Source: Candidatus Obscuribacterales bacterium (GTDB lineage Bacteria; Cyanobacteriota; Vampirovibrionia; Obscuribacterales; Obscuribacteraceae). Taken from it: a stretch of DNA of 64,000 bases. This document shows positions 18,034 to 28,036 of the stretch, one piece after another (the stretch's first letter is position 1; every line of letters begins with the position of its first letter). The stretch spans positions 3,552,001 through 3,616,000 of the forward strand of contig CBDDIJ010000003.1 of the NCBI GenBank assembly GCA_965228855.1. Direction: 5' to 3'. A model generated the notes under the pieces. The model was not told the origin of the DNA, searched no databases, and saw only the letters and a program-made list of their open reading frames with translations. The position numbers were made by a program, and so were the translations under genes.

Positions 18034-20030
18034 ACAACGCTCAAACAACTTTTCAATCGCTCGGCGACGCCCACGAAAAACAGCACGAGTGGGCTATCGA
18101 CGTGGAAGACTTGCGCATCACATACGGTACCGTTGAAGCCGTAAAAGGTATCAATCTAAAAATTAAACCGAAAGAAATATTCGGTTTGATCGGTCCGGAC
18201 GGCGCCGGTAAAACCAGTACTTTTCACGTACTTGGCGGCGTAATGGAGCCGGACTCCGGCAAAGTTGAAGTCAACGGCGTTACCCCGCGCGAAGGTCGTT
18301 TGAACATCGGCTACCTTACACAGCAGTTTTCTCTCTATCCGGATTTGAGCATAGAAGAGAATATGAGATATGCCGCCGGTCTGCGCCAGGTGGATCTAAA
18401 GGACTTTAAAGAACGATCCGAAAAGTCTTTGAAGCAGATGGACTTATATAAGTTTAAAACCAGACTCGCCGGACAACTATCCGGAGGTATGAAACAAAAG
18501 CTCGCATTATGCTGCTCACTTATAGCCAGGCCCAAAGTCCTTCTTCTGGACGAGCCAACCACCGGCGTCGACCCTGTGTCGCGCCGTGAGTTTTGGGATC
18601 TACTGGCAGAAGTCTCCGCCGATGGTGTCACGATTGCTGTGGCAACTCCTTACCTCGACGAGGCAGAACGTTGCGATCGAGTAGCTCTTATCTACGAGGG
18701 CGAACTGTACAAAGTAGGCACCGTCGCAGAACTGAAGAAAGATTTGAAGCTGCATCGCTTAGAATTGCGAACTCACAGAATGCTCGAAAAGGAATCGCAA
18801 TTTGTGGACAAATTGCTGGAGCAGAAGAAACATATAGCGGATGTTCAAACCTTCGGAGATCGACTTGACGTGCTGGTTTCCGACCTGGATACCGGAGAGC
18901 ACATTGCCAGGAATGTTGCGTCCGAAATTGGTATCGACGACCTTGACGTGACGAAAGAAGAACCCACACTGGAAAATGTCTTTGTCACAACGCTTAAACG
19001 TGCGAAGGGTGACACTGAAAAGGTGGAACCGTTTAAGTTCACGAAAGAAAAATCAGGTAAGAGCGGCTCAGCGATCAAAGCAGATCGCCTCGAAAAAATC
19101 TTCGGAGACTTTCACGCAGTAAAAGATGTAAGTCTAGAGGTCGGCTACGGAAAAATTTACGGCTTGCTCGGCGCCAATGGTGCCGGCAAGACAACCACGA
19201 TCAAAATGCTTTGCGGCTTGCTGGAACCCAGCAAAGGCAAGATGGAACTCGCCGGAAAGAAGAGCGACCTTCGCGATCCAAAATTGCGTCAACGCATCGG
19301 TTACATGAGTCAAAAGTTTACTCTCTACGACGACCTGACACTAAGAGAGAATCTCGAGTTTTACTGCGGCGTTTACGAAGTTCCTGAAGAACTCCGCAAA
19401 GAGCGCATGAAGTGGGTTCTAAGAGTTTCCGAATTGAGCGGTCAAGAAGATATGCTCACAGCCAAACTGCCCGGCGGTTGGAAACAGCGGCTTTCATTCG
19501 GCGCATGCATAATGCACGAGCCAGAGATTTTATTTCTGGACGAACCAACAAGCGGAGTCGATCCACTGGCACGTCGTCAGCTCTGGACGATGATTTCGGC
19601 TCTAGCCAGACATGGAACCGCGATTCTAGTCACAACTCACTTTCTCGAAGAGGCAGAGCACTGCCACCAGCTCGGATTTATGGTGGCGGGAGAATTAGTC
19701 GCGCAAGGAGCCCCGGAAGAAATCAAGAAAAATCAACCCGGTCAACTCGTCGAAATCATAACGTCGAGCAATCAACAGGCATCCAATGTCATTAAACAGA
19801 AGATTGAACCGTGGCGAGTTTCAATCTTCGCAAACAGATTGCACGTCGTGCTCGACCATCCGGAAAAGGAAACGAAAGAGTTGCTCGGCGCTTTGAATAA
19901 CGAAAATATTGAAGTGAAATCACATAAGGATATTCCATTCTCACTGGAAGATGCATTTATCGGCATCGTTCAGCGCGCATCAAAGCAGGAGAAACCACAG
20001 GCAAGCAAATCTTCGGAGGCGAGAAAGTAG
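18030..20030 (+). CDS. ABC transporter ATP-binding protein with two ATPase domains (YbhF-like)
   Basis: GPDGAGKTS and GANGAGKTT Walker A; LSGGMKQK and LPGGWKQR signatures; LLDEPT / FLDEPT. Confidence 0.95.
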   Translation: MNNAQTTFQSLGDAHEKQHEWAIDVEDLRITYGTVEAVKGINLKIKPKEIFGLIGPDGAGKTSTFHVLGGVMEPDSGKVEVNGVTPREGRLNIGYLTQQFSLYPDLSIEENMRYAAGLRQVDLKDFKERSEKSLKQMDLYKFKTRLAGQLSGGMKQKLALCCSLIARPKVLLLDEPTTGVDPVSRREFWDLLAEVSADGVTIAVATPYLDEAERCDRVALIYEGELYKVGTVAELKKDLKLHRLELRTHRMLEKESQFVDKLLEQKKHIADVQTFGDRLDVLVSDLDTGEHIARNVASEIGIDDLDVTKEEPTLENVFVTTLKRAKGDTEKVEPFKFTKEKSGKSGSAIKADRLEKIFGDFHAVKDVSLEVGYGKIYGLLGANGAGKTTTIKMLCGLLEPSKGKMELAGKKSDLRDPKLRQRIGYMSQKFTLYDDLTLRENLEFYCGVYEVPEELRKERMKWVLRVSELSGQEDMLTAKLPGGWKQRLSFGACIMHEPEILFLDEPTSGVDPLARRQLWTMISALARHGTAILVTTHFLEEAEHCHQLGFMVAGELVAQGAPEEIKKNQPGQLVEIITSSNQQASNVIKQKIEPWRVSIFANRLHVVLDHPEKETKELLGALNNENIEVKSHKDIPFSLEDAFIGIVQRASKQEKPQASKSSEARK

Positions 20031-20037
20031 AACTGCG

Positions 20038-21144
20038 ATGAAACGTCTCTGGGCTCAAGCGGTTAAAGAATTAGCACAGTTTCGCAGAGACAAACTGACT
20101 GTGGCGCTCGCGTTCGTTCTACCAGTTCTATCCTTCTTCATATTCGGCTACGGTGTCCGCCTTGAGCAAAAGGATATTCCGATTGCAATTCAAGACCAGG
20201 ACAACACGCCGCTGAGCAGAGGACTAACTGAACGACTCGTAAACAACGCCCAGATGAAAGCAATTGGTTTCAAAGGCGATCCTATCCACGGTGCGGTCGA
20301 TCCGGCTCGGGCTCAGGCAGCCATTATTATCCCCCCGGATTTCACCCGCATGTTCAAATCGGGCTCAGATGCCGCCTTTCAGGTGCTCATAGACGGGTCA
20401 GACGTAAACAATGCTCGCGTCATCAAGAATAGCGTCCTGGCGACAACAAACTTCTTTGCTGAGCAGTTGACTTACGGCTACCGAGAACCACTTCTTACTA
20501 CCAACATCAGAATCTGGTTCAACCCAGGAAGAGAAGAGTCACTATATGTGGTGCCGGGCGCAATCGGTTTGATTCTGTGGATTTATCCATCACTTCTTGC
20601 ATCGCTTGCTATGGTCAAGGAGAAGGAGCAAGGCACCATACTACAGGCATACGCATCCAGCATTTCGCCGCTCGAACTGGTCGGTGGTAAGGCGCTCGCT
20701 TACTTGTTTGTCGGCATCGCGGAATGGCTGCTTACGATGTTTCTTGCGTGGTTATGCTTCGGCATCACATTCGCGGGTGACCCTACGCCGTTCTTGTTAG
20801 GGTCGCTGATTTTTATATTCGACAGTGTTCTATTCGGACTGGTGATTGGCTCCGGCGTTGCAACTCAAAGTGCCGCCGTCCAGGCTGTCGCGTTCGCCGG
20901 TTTCACGACAGCACTGCTACTGTCAGGCTTCCTCTATCCCATAAGAAACATTCGCTTTCCGTTCGACTACGTGTCTCTTATCGTACCGGCGCGATATTAT
21001 CTCGTAATTTCGCGAGACGCGTTTGTGCGCGGCTCCGGTTGGCCGGGCGTCTGGCTCATGATGCTCGCGCTTGTCGCATTCGCCTTCGTATACATCATGG
21101 TCGCACGCCGCCGCATGGGCAGCATGCAAATCAAGAAATCGTGA
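20038..21144 (+). CDS. ABC-2 type permease (YbhS-like)
   Basis: KELAQFRRDK, WFNPG, VKEKEQGT, LLSGFLYPI. Confidence 0.92.
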   Translation: MKRLWAQAVKELAQFRRDKLTVALAFVLPVLSFFIFGYGVRLEQKDIPIAIQDQDNTPLSRGLTERLVNNAQMKAIGFKGDPIHGAVDPARAQAAIIIPPDFTRMFKSGSDAAFQVLIDGSDVNNARVIKNSVLATTNFFAEQLTYGYREPLLTTNIRIWFNPGREESLYVVPGAIGLILWIYPSLLASLAMVKEKEQGTILQAYASSISPLELVGGKALAYLFVGIAEWLLTMFLAWLCFGITFAGDPTPFLLGSLIFIFDSVLFGLVIGSGVATQSAAVQAVAFAGFTTALLLSGFLYPIRNIRFPFDYVSLIVPARYYLVISRDAFVRGSGWPGVWLMMLALVAFAFVYIMVARRRMGSMQIKKS

Positions 21145-21152
21145 GGTGAGAG

Positions 21153-22277
21153 ATGCGTCCACTTAAGCGATTCCAGCAAGGAAGACTATGGGCTCTAATT
21201 CAAAAAGAGCTGCGACAGATTCTTCGAGACAAACAACTTCTGTTTCTTCTCATATTCCCACCAACAATTCAGCTGTTCATTTATGGGTTTGCACTCAGTC
21301 CGGACGTATACGATCTTCGATTGGGCGTGCTGGATCTCTCCAAAACTCCCATGAGCAGAAACCTGCTCGACGCTGTCGTTCAAAACCACGTTTTCAACGT
21401 AACACCATTGAAACCGACCAGAGATGCTGCCATCGAAGCGGTGAAACAGGGAAGAGTCGACGCATCAATGGTGATACCACCAGAATTCAGTCGCAATTTG
21501 AAACAGAAGCAGCATGCTGAAGTTCAGATTCTTATCGATGGAGTCGATGCTAACACTGCTGGTATCGCCAGCGGTTACCTCGTTCAGATGATAAGCACAT
21601 TCGCACGCGGGCTAGAGGAGCCAAGAACGACTGGAACAATCAGACCGGACATAAGTTTCCTCTATAACCCTGGTCTCAACTCAGCCTGGTTCTTCATACC
21701 CGGCGTTATGGGATTGATTTTAAACCTGACCGGCTCTCTCGTTTCATCATCAACCCTGGTCCGAGAAAAGGACTCGGGAACACTAGAGCAGCTCGTTATG
21801 ACTCCGGCAAGCGCCTTCGAGGTTCTTCTCGCTAAAGTTTTACCGCTGTTCGTTTTGCTTTTTGGTAACGTCTTGCTGTCCCTGGCGGTAGGGTTACTAG
21901 CCTTCCAGGTCCCGTTCCGCGGCAACTTTTTTCTGTTTCTAGCAGTATCGTCTCTCTATATACTTGTAGCGATCTCGATCGGCATTACATTAGCGTCGAT
22001 TTCGAAAAACCAGAGACAAGCCATTCTGACCTCGTTCTTCATCAACCTGCCGGTCATCCAGTTATCCGGCGCCATCGCTCCCTTGCAGAGCATGCCTCAG
22101 TTTTTGCAAACGCTGTCGTATTTGAACCCGCTTCGCTACTACATAATTTGCATACGCAGCATTCTTTTGAAAGGAATCGGTCTTGAAGTTATCTGGCCCA
22201 ATGTGTTGATGCTGGCAATTTTTGCCGTGACGCTCTTCATGCTCAGCGCGCGAAGATTTAGATCTCAATTAGGTTAA
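21153..22277 (+). CDS. ABC-2 type permease (YbhR-like)
   Basis: KELRQILRD, YNPGLNSAWFFIPG, VREKDSGTLEQL, NPLRYY. Confidence 0.92.
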   Translation: MRPLKRFQQGRLWALIQKELRQILRDKQLLFLLIFPPTIQLFIYGFALSPDVYDLRLGVLDLSKTPMSRNLLDAVVQNHVFNVTPLKPTRDAAIEAVKQGRVDASMVIPPEFSRNLKQKQHAEVQILIDGVDANTAGIASGYLVQMISTFARGLEEPRTTGTIRPDISFLYNPGLNSAWFFIPGVMGLILNLTGSLVSSSTLVREKDSGTLEQLVMTPASAFEVLLAKVLPLFVLLFGNVLLSLAVGLLAFQVPFRGNFFLFLAVSSLYILVAISIGITLASISKNQRQAILTSFFINLPVIQLSGAIAPLQSMPQFLQTLSYLNPLRYYIICIRSILLKGIGLEVIWPNVLMLAIFAVTLFMLSARRFRSQLG

Positions 22278-22297
22278 AGCTCAAGCAAGGATAAGAT

Positions 22298-24085
22298 TTA
22301 CGGCGAATTGCGAACCGATTGAGCGGTCGTCAGAGTATCGACAGAAGTCAAACCCACATCGTGTACTAGCTGCACTTGTGCATTATTGAAATCGATAATC
22401 GCTTCGGCTTTATTGATGAGAGCCTGCGTATAATCGCGCTGTGCGGTGATGATATCAAGGTTGGTGCCCAAACCATTGGCAAATCTTAGTTGAGCAAGCC
22501 TTAATTGCTCGTGCGATGACTCCACCTCGTTGGTCGTTTCGTCTATCTTCTTATCCGTGTCGAGACATTGCAAATAGGACGAGCGAACTTGGTCGAGAAT
22601 AGTCACCAATTCTTTATTCGCTTGTAATTGCGCTGTGCGCGCTTGCAATTTAGCAGCCTTAATTTTGGTGGCATCCACGGTGCCTAATCCAGAAAGAGCC
22701 CAGCGAGCATCGATACCGAGAGTAAACAAAGCCTCTTGCTTAGTCAATCCAGGACCGATACCGAAAACATTTCCGTTAAACGCGAATGTAGGCTGAAGTG
22801 GTGCGGACGCCACCACGATGTTGCGCTTAGCAGCCAACCGCTGCTCTTCAAACTGCTTCAGTTCCGGTCGATTTGAAATCGCCAGACTGATCAGGTCTTC
22901 AACCTTCACTTTGGGATCTATTAACCGAACTCGCTTGATCCAGGATTCGGATGGCGACAAGTCTGCACCCATGTCGACATTTAGAGTATCTGCAAGTTTT
23001 ATGGCTGCCGTGCGCCGCGCAATCTGCTGGTCGATAAGGTCCTGTCGGTCGCGAGAAAGTTGAGTTTTTGATTGCAGAACATCCAGTTCAGTTGCCAGTC
23101 CGAACTCTCTCTTATCCGTGTTGACTCGCAATTGTTCTTCTGACGTTTGAACTGCTTTAACGCGAATTTGCAACAACGCCTGACTCAAAACCAGGTTGTA
23201 ATAATTGGTCGCCGCCGCCAAGAGTGCGTCGTTGAAACTGGCTTGTCGACCGGCTTTTGCAGCCCTATAGGTATGTTTAGCTTGAAGAGCACCAAACAAG
23301 ATTCGACCGCCACGATATCCGTAGTATTGGAAGAAGGCATTCGAGATCACGAATGGTCCATCAATGTCTACGTTATCCATCCGTCGCCCCGCAGCTAAAC
23401 CGTTTGCGTTGCCAAATGAATTGAATAGATTCGAGGCGCTCCTGGGTAACCCGATTTGTCCATGAGTCCAGAACTCTCGATAGCTGGTGCCTACGTTGGG
23501 CAAAAAATTACCAAGTGCACTGTAATAGTTCCACTTTTCAGTCTGCTCTTCAGACTTTGAGATAGCGATATCGAGATTATTGTTGATCGCGATTTGCAAA
23601 GCACGTTTCAAGTCCAGTTGATTAGCTGTTTTAGAATCGAGGGTAAACGGGTCTAGCTCACGGTCAATTGTAATAAGCGCCTGGAGGGCAGGCTTGCCTA
23701 TGAGCATCGAATCCTGCTCGAAGAGTTGTGCCCCTATATCTGGTGGCTCGACGATATCGGCTGTTTCCTCAGGTGGCTTAATTCGAGTGTTTTGCGTGGG
23801 CGCAGCCAGCGTCGAAGGTACGCCGCCCAAGTTTGAATCGTTCGGCGATTGTCGAGCAGGCGACCTGCCGATGCCAGGCGAACTCACCGACCGACCAGGA
23901 ATGTTGGTCCCAGGTTTGGTCAAGGGCGGTCTGAGCACAGGCGGCTGAGCGTCCCCTTGCTCTTGAGAAAACGCGGGTTGACTGCTGCCGACCGAAGCAT
24001 TCCACAGAGCGGCAAGTGCCAGCGCGGTCATAGAATACGACCTCGCCACCTTTCTGATACTTATCGGATGCCCTGAAAGCTTCAT
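22298..24085 (-). CDS. TolC-family outer-membrane efflux protein
   Basis: Signal peptide, AINNNLDI, YYNLV, GLATELDVLQ, RPELK, GLGTNLDIITAQ. Confidence 0.92.
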   Translation of the reverse strand: MKLSGHPISIRKVARSYSMTALALAALWNASVGSSQPAFSQEQGDAQPPVLRPPLTKPGTNIPGRSVSSPGIGRSPARQSPNDSNLGGVPSTLAAPTQNTRIKPPEETADIVEPPDIGAQLFEQDSMLIGKPALQALITIDRELDPFTLDSKTANQLDLKRALQIAINNNLDIAISKSEEQTEKWNYYSALGNFLPNVGTSYREFWTHGQIGLPRSASNLFNSFGNANGLAAGRRMDNVDIDGPFVISNAFFQYYGYRGGRILFGALQAKHTYRAAKAGRQASFNDALLAAATNYYNLVLSQALLQIRVKAVQTSEEQLRVNTDKREFGLATELDVLQSKTQLSRDRQDLIDQQIARRTAAIKLADTLNVDMGADLSPSESWIKRVRLIDPKVKVEDLISLAISNRPELKQFEEQRLAAKRNIVVASAPLQPTFAFNGNVFGIGPGLTKQEALFTLGIDARWALSGLGTVDATKIKAAKLQARTAQLQANKELVTILDQVRSSYLQCLDTDKKIDETTNEVESSHEQLRLAQLRFANGLGTNLDIITAQRDYTQALINKAEAIIDFNNAQVQLVHDVGLTSVDTLTTAQSVRNSP

Positions 24086-24102
24086 TGCGTTGGATGAACC
24101 AG

Positions 24103-24126
24103 CAATCATACCGAACGGTATGATTG
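24103..24126. promoter_or_regulatory. Palindromic operator (copy 2) upstream of the TolC gene
   Basis: CAATCATACCG-AA-CGGTATGATTG; 22 bp identical to 16634-16655. Confidence 0.85.
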
Positions 24127-24324
24127 TATCACGAGTAACTCGGACGGACTTCCAGTCTCAAGCTTCCGTAAAGTCTAAGGTTACGCAGAAGATTAGAATC
24201 GCTCAACCATCGGAAGCGAACATGGCATAATATCGAGCCTGGAAGGCAAAAACGGCAATCGGTACAACCGAGGCCAGACAGTGCTTCTTGGAAACGCCCA
24301 CTCGCGCGAAAGGCGGTTAAAACA

Positions 24325-24960
24325 ATGGTCGGGACAGATTTGAAAGTCAGTTTGGCAAAGGCCGTCGATGCGGCACTCGCCGAAACAGACCCGAACAAAG
24401 CGGACGAAAAATATATGGAAGTCCTGCAAATCGTTCGCATGCAGGTCGGCGACAACGAGACGGACATGGCAAACGCCATGCAGGCGGTCGCAAAGGATTT
24501 AGAAGATCAGGGGCGCAAGCAGCAGGCCTTCGACTTCAAGCAAAAGACATGCATCATGCTATTAGAATTCACCATGATGCCGCTACCTCCATTGCCCGAC
24601 AACATCGTAATTGCCACCGGACCGGCACTCGAAGAACCGCTTCTGAAACAGGTGATGACGATTCACTTCGTGGATGATGTCGATCTTGCGAAGAAGCACT
24701 ACGCAAAAATTCTTCAGGCGATTATCATTGATGACAGCGAAGGCTCGGCATGTTTACGCACCATACACGGTGCCATGATTGTGTTAGCCAAAGGTCACTC
24801 GCACGAGCATATTCCGGTCTACGAATCACAGAAGAAAGATCCTAAGCCAGTCTTGGAAGGACTGGGCTGGAGCGCCGACAAGTCGCACCATTCGACGCCG
24901 GGCGGCAAAGCTCAACTATATACGCATCCAAAACTTGGAAAACTAGCGCTGCTTAGTTAA
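24325..24960 (+). CDS. Hypothetical protein: helical N-domain plus VOC/glyoxalase-like C-domain
   Basis: IHFVDDVDLAKKHYAKIL and STPGGKAQLYTHP resemble VOC-fold motifs. Confidence 0.55.
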   Translation: MVGTDLKVSLAKAVDAALAETDPNKADEKYMEVLQIVRMQVGDNETDMANAMQAVAKDLEDQGRKQQAFDFKQKTCIMLLEFTMMPLPPLPDNIVIATGPALEEPLLKQVMTIHFVDDVDLAKKHYAKILQAIIIDDSEGSACLRTIHGAMIVLAKGHSHEHIPVYESQKKDPKPVLEGLGWSADKSHHSTPGGKAQLYTHPKLGKLALLS

Positions 24961-25029
24961 TGAGACGGCCTAGCTCTAGAGATGCCGGCAGCCACACCCA
25001 AAAGACCGCATAAGAAAAATTCGACGTCT

Positions 25030-25593
25030 TCAGTGAGCCAGTCTTTTTCTGATTTTCACGAAGTGCAGACCTTCGACAAGGGGCGTTACTCCGGGTGGAT
25101 TGAACGGCGCAGTCTCACCTGTTTGTTCATAGCCGAGCCGCATGTACCAGTCCATCAATTCTGGTCGACCGGAAACAACTTCGCCAACCATTTCCTTCGA
25201 TTCAAATTGCTCTACGGCGTATCTCTCAGCCCACGACATCAAAAACTTGCCGGCGCCAACGCTCTGAACATCGGGATCGACAGCAAGCATTCCAATATGA
25301 GAGTGGTCACCTTCTTGCGTGACGTGTATGCAACCTACCAGCTGCTTCTCAAGGCCGTCTCCAAGTTCTGCAAGCAAGATAACCTGGTCGGAAAGATCTA
25401 AAATCTTGTGCAATTCTTCGATGGTGATGCGCGGTCCCCGCACCAGATGCTCCTCTCCGGTCCACGACTTGGCCGACTGTTTACCGCCTCGAAAAGCGTA
25501 TTGGACGAGCCGCTCGACAATTTCAACATCATTGTGAGTGGCTATTCTGCCTGTCAAAACTTTCTGAGCTTCCGATGCGCTAGCCAATTTCAT
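25030..25593 (-). CDS. GNAT family N-acetyltransferase
   Basis: IGMLAVDPDVQSVGAGKFLM motif A; RPELMDWYMRLGY. Confidence 0.9.
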   Translation of the reverse strand: MKLASASEAQKVLTGRIATHNDVEIVERLVQYAFRGGKQSAKSWTGEEHLVRGPRITIEELHKILDLSDQVILLAELGDGLEKQLVGCIHVTQEGDHSHIGMLAVDPDVQSVGAGKFLMSWAERYAVEQFESKEMVGEVVSGRPELMDWYMRLGYEQTGETAPFNPPGVTPLVEGLHFVKIRKRLAH

Positions 25594-25778
25594 TCTCCAT
25601 GTAGAAATTCCAGGCAACCAAATTGGAGCCGTTTTATCTAGTACTCGGGCGCAACTTTGCACACCGGATAGCTACAGTGTAACAGCCGATGGCAAGCTTC
25701 AAGCAGTCAAGAGCTAATCGGCTCGCAATCGTGATAAATATGCAGGAGATCTTCCCGACGACCATATCTGGAGCCAAC

Positions 25779-26984
25779 ATGAAGAACATCGGTATCATCA
25801 CTTCCGGCGGCGACTGCGGCGGCCTCAACGGCGTAATTAAAGGCGCAGCTTTGACAGCCCTCAACAAAGGCATGACGGCTTACATCATCCCGAATGGCTA
25901 CGCCGGGCTTTACAATCTTGTAGATTTTTCGGAACTGACGAAACTTACGAAAGAGCGTGTCGAACAAATTCACGTCTTCATGGCAGGTAGTGAAGCAGGC
26001 AATTCGCGCGTAAAGGTTTCGAAAATCAAAGACGATAACAAATATGAGCGCATCAAAGAAGGACTGAAAAAATTCAACCTCGACGCGCTCGTAATCTCGG
26101 GTGGAGACGACACCGGTAGCGTCGTAAAGGACCTCGCGGAGAAAGGCATTCCATGCATCCATGCGCCGAAAACCATGGACCTCGATCTGATGCCTTACAG
26201 CGTAGGCGGCGACTCGACAATCAATCGCATCCAAGAAGAAATTCGCGACTTGAGAACAACTGGTCGCACGCATAATCGCATGATCGTTCTCGAAGTATTC
26301 GGAAGATACGCTGGTCATACGGCTTTTCGTGGCGGCGTTGCAGCAGACGCAGACGCGGTTTTGATTCCTGAAATTCCAGTAGACTTTGATGTTCTCTACA
26401 AACACGTCAAAGAAGCATTCATCAAGCGCGTTGAAGAAAGCGATGTTCGAGCCGGAACAGCAACCATCGTCGTCGCAGAAGGTTTGCGTGACGCAAGCGG
26501 AAACGAACTCGTCGACATGAATTCACAGCCCGATTCATTCGGGCACCGCAAGCTCATGGGCGCAGGTTCGTACGTTGTGAAACAAATCGAGAGCCGCGTG
26601 AAAGCGGACCCTGAAATCAAAGAGTTCATGAAACGCACGGGACAATTCGTTGAAGGCGTATACGAAATTCCGGAAGTCCGCGAAATTCGTCCAGGCCACC
26701 TCGTACGCTGCGGATTCTCTTCATCCGTGGATGCGAACTTCGGCATGGAAGCCGGCGCTGCGGCCGTAGAATTGATTTCGAAAGACATCTTCGGAGTCAC
26801 TGTCGTTTCATATCGTGGTGGCACCGTTCAATACATGGATGTAAAAGACGCAATCGTTCAACGCTTCGTCGATCCCAAAGACGTCGAGATGTTCGAAGGA
26901 CTCGGAATTAGCTTCGGCCGTACGCCCGTCAAAGCCGCACCGAAAGCAGAGAAAGTCACAGGCGTTCCAGTCCGGGTCTACTAG
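25779..26984 (+). CDS. pfkA: 6-phosphofructokinase, PfkA family, probably PPi-dependent
   Basis: TSGGDCGGLN, GGDDT, PKTMDLD, EVFGRYAG, LIPE, VVAEG, GHLVRCG. Confidence 0.9.
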   Translation: MKNIGIITSGGDCGGLNGVIKGAALTALNKGMTAYIIPNGYAGLYNLVDFSELTKLTKERVEQIHVFMAGSEAGNSRVKVSKIKDDNKYERIKEGLKKFNLDALVISGGDDTGSVVKDLAEKGIPCIHAPKTMDLDLMPYSVGGDSTINRIQEEIRDLRTTGRTHNRMIVLEVFGRYAGHTAFRGGVAADADAVLIPEIPVDFDVLYKHVKEAFIKRVEESDVRAGTATIVVAEGLRDASGNELVDMNSQPDSFGHRKLMGAGSYVVKQIESRVKADPEIKEFMKRTGQFVEGVYEIPEVREIRPGHLVRCGFSSSVDANFGMEAGAAAVELISKDIFGVTVVSYRGGTVQYMDVKDAIVQRFVDPKDVEMFEGLGISFGRTPVKAAPKAEKVTGVPVRVY

Positions 26985-27005
26985 TTAGCAAGTTTAGGCA
27001 AGACG

Positions 27006-28007
27006 ATGATGGACTCTAAAGCCGCCGAGCTTCTGGAGGAAGCAATCGAGTTGCTAATTCTCGAGGAAGAGATTGAGGCAATAAAGAAACTCGATGAGGT
27101 CATTGCGCTCGAACCGAGTTGCGCCATCGCGTATCTTAAGAGGGCAAACGGGAAGCTCGAACTGCGAAGATTTGTCGACGCCTTAGAAGATTACGAAAAG
27201 GTTCTCGAGTTTGGACAGGAAGAGGCCGCTGCCAGTTTAGGCAAAGGCATTTGTCTGATGAAACGCATGGAATTCAGCACAGCCCACGAAGCTCTCAATC
27301 GCGCATTGGAATTGAATGGCGAATCGGCAACCGCCCATTATTGGTTAGGAAGAGCGAACTACGAACTTGAACACTACGAAACGGCGTTGGCTGAACTGAA
27401 TCGAGCCATTGAGCTACAGCCGGTCTTCACCGAAGCGCTCGCCTTTCGTGGTTTAGCAGAACATAAATTGGCACCATCTGAGCCACCATCCACTTATGAT
27501 ATATTTTCTCCGGACAACGAATATGAGTTCAATTTCTACAGAGACGCCCACCCGGTAGCGAGAGAAATTCTGGACCTTCCGTTCTTCTGGAGCTCTGACG
27601 ACTACAGCCCAGTGGGAGGAGATATTGGTTTTGATATTAGAGAAGACCTCTGGAGTTGGCGGCTCTATAACGCGAAAGCCTCAATGAAAAACTGTCTCCG
27701 CGAACTATTCATACGTTGGGGTTATGATTCTAAAGAGATTCGACAGATTGCTAACTCAAATCCAGACCACTGCGTGGATGCGAAACACCTTATTGCAAAC
27801 GTTCATGACGATGTGGTCATTGCAGTCGCATTCGTCCAATTCATGGTTGATGGCTATCTGGACAATTACATGAAGCAAGCCAGCTTCAACGCTATTGACC
27901 GGCAGCTATCGCCAACAGTATTAGAATTTAGGGCTGGCGATGACGAAAAATATGTTCGTTCTAGAAACCTAATAAGAGATGCTCTGAGGCAAATGCCGAC
28001 CAACTAG
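27006..28007 (+). CDS. TPR protein with a YfeS-like C-terminal domain
   Basis: About 4 TPRs, then AHP...FFWSSDDYSPVGGDIGFD and DDVVIAVAFVQFMVDG. Confidence 0.7.
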   Translation: MMDSKAAELLEEAIELLILEEEIEAIKKLDEVIALEPSCAIAYLKRANGKLELRRFVDALEDYEKVLEFGQEEAAASLGKGICLMKRMEFSTAHEALNRALELNGESATAHYWLGRANYELEHYETALAELNRAIELQPVFTEALAFRGLAEHKLAPSEPPSTYDIFSPDNEYEFNFYRDAHPVAREILDLPFFWSSDDYSPVGGDIGFDIREDLWSWRLYNAKASMKNCLRELFIRWGYDSKEIRQIANSNPDHCVDAKHLIANVHDDVVIAVAFVQFMVDGYLDNYMKQASFNAIDRQLSPTVLEFRAGDDEKYVRSRNLIRDALRQMPTN

Positions 28008-28036
28008 TACAAAATTCATGCCGACTAAGTATTCAT

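Noticed and set aside
25707..26824. Antisense ORFs of 232 and 142 aa over pfk
   Set aside because: Shadow frames of a codon-biased gene, with no motifs
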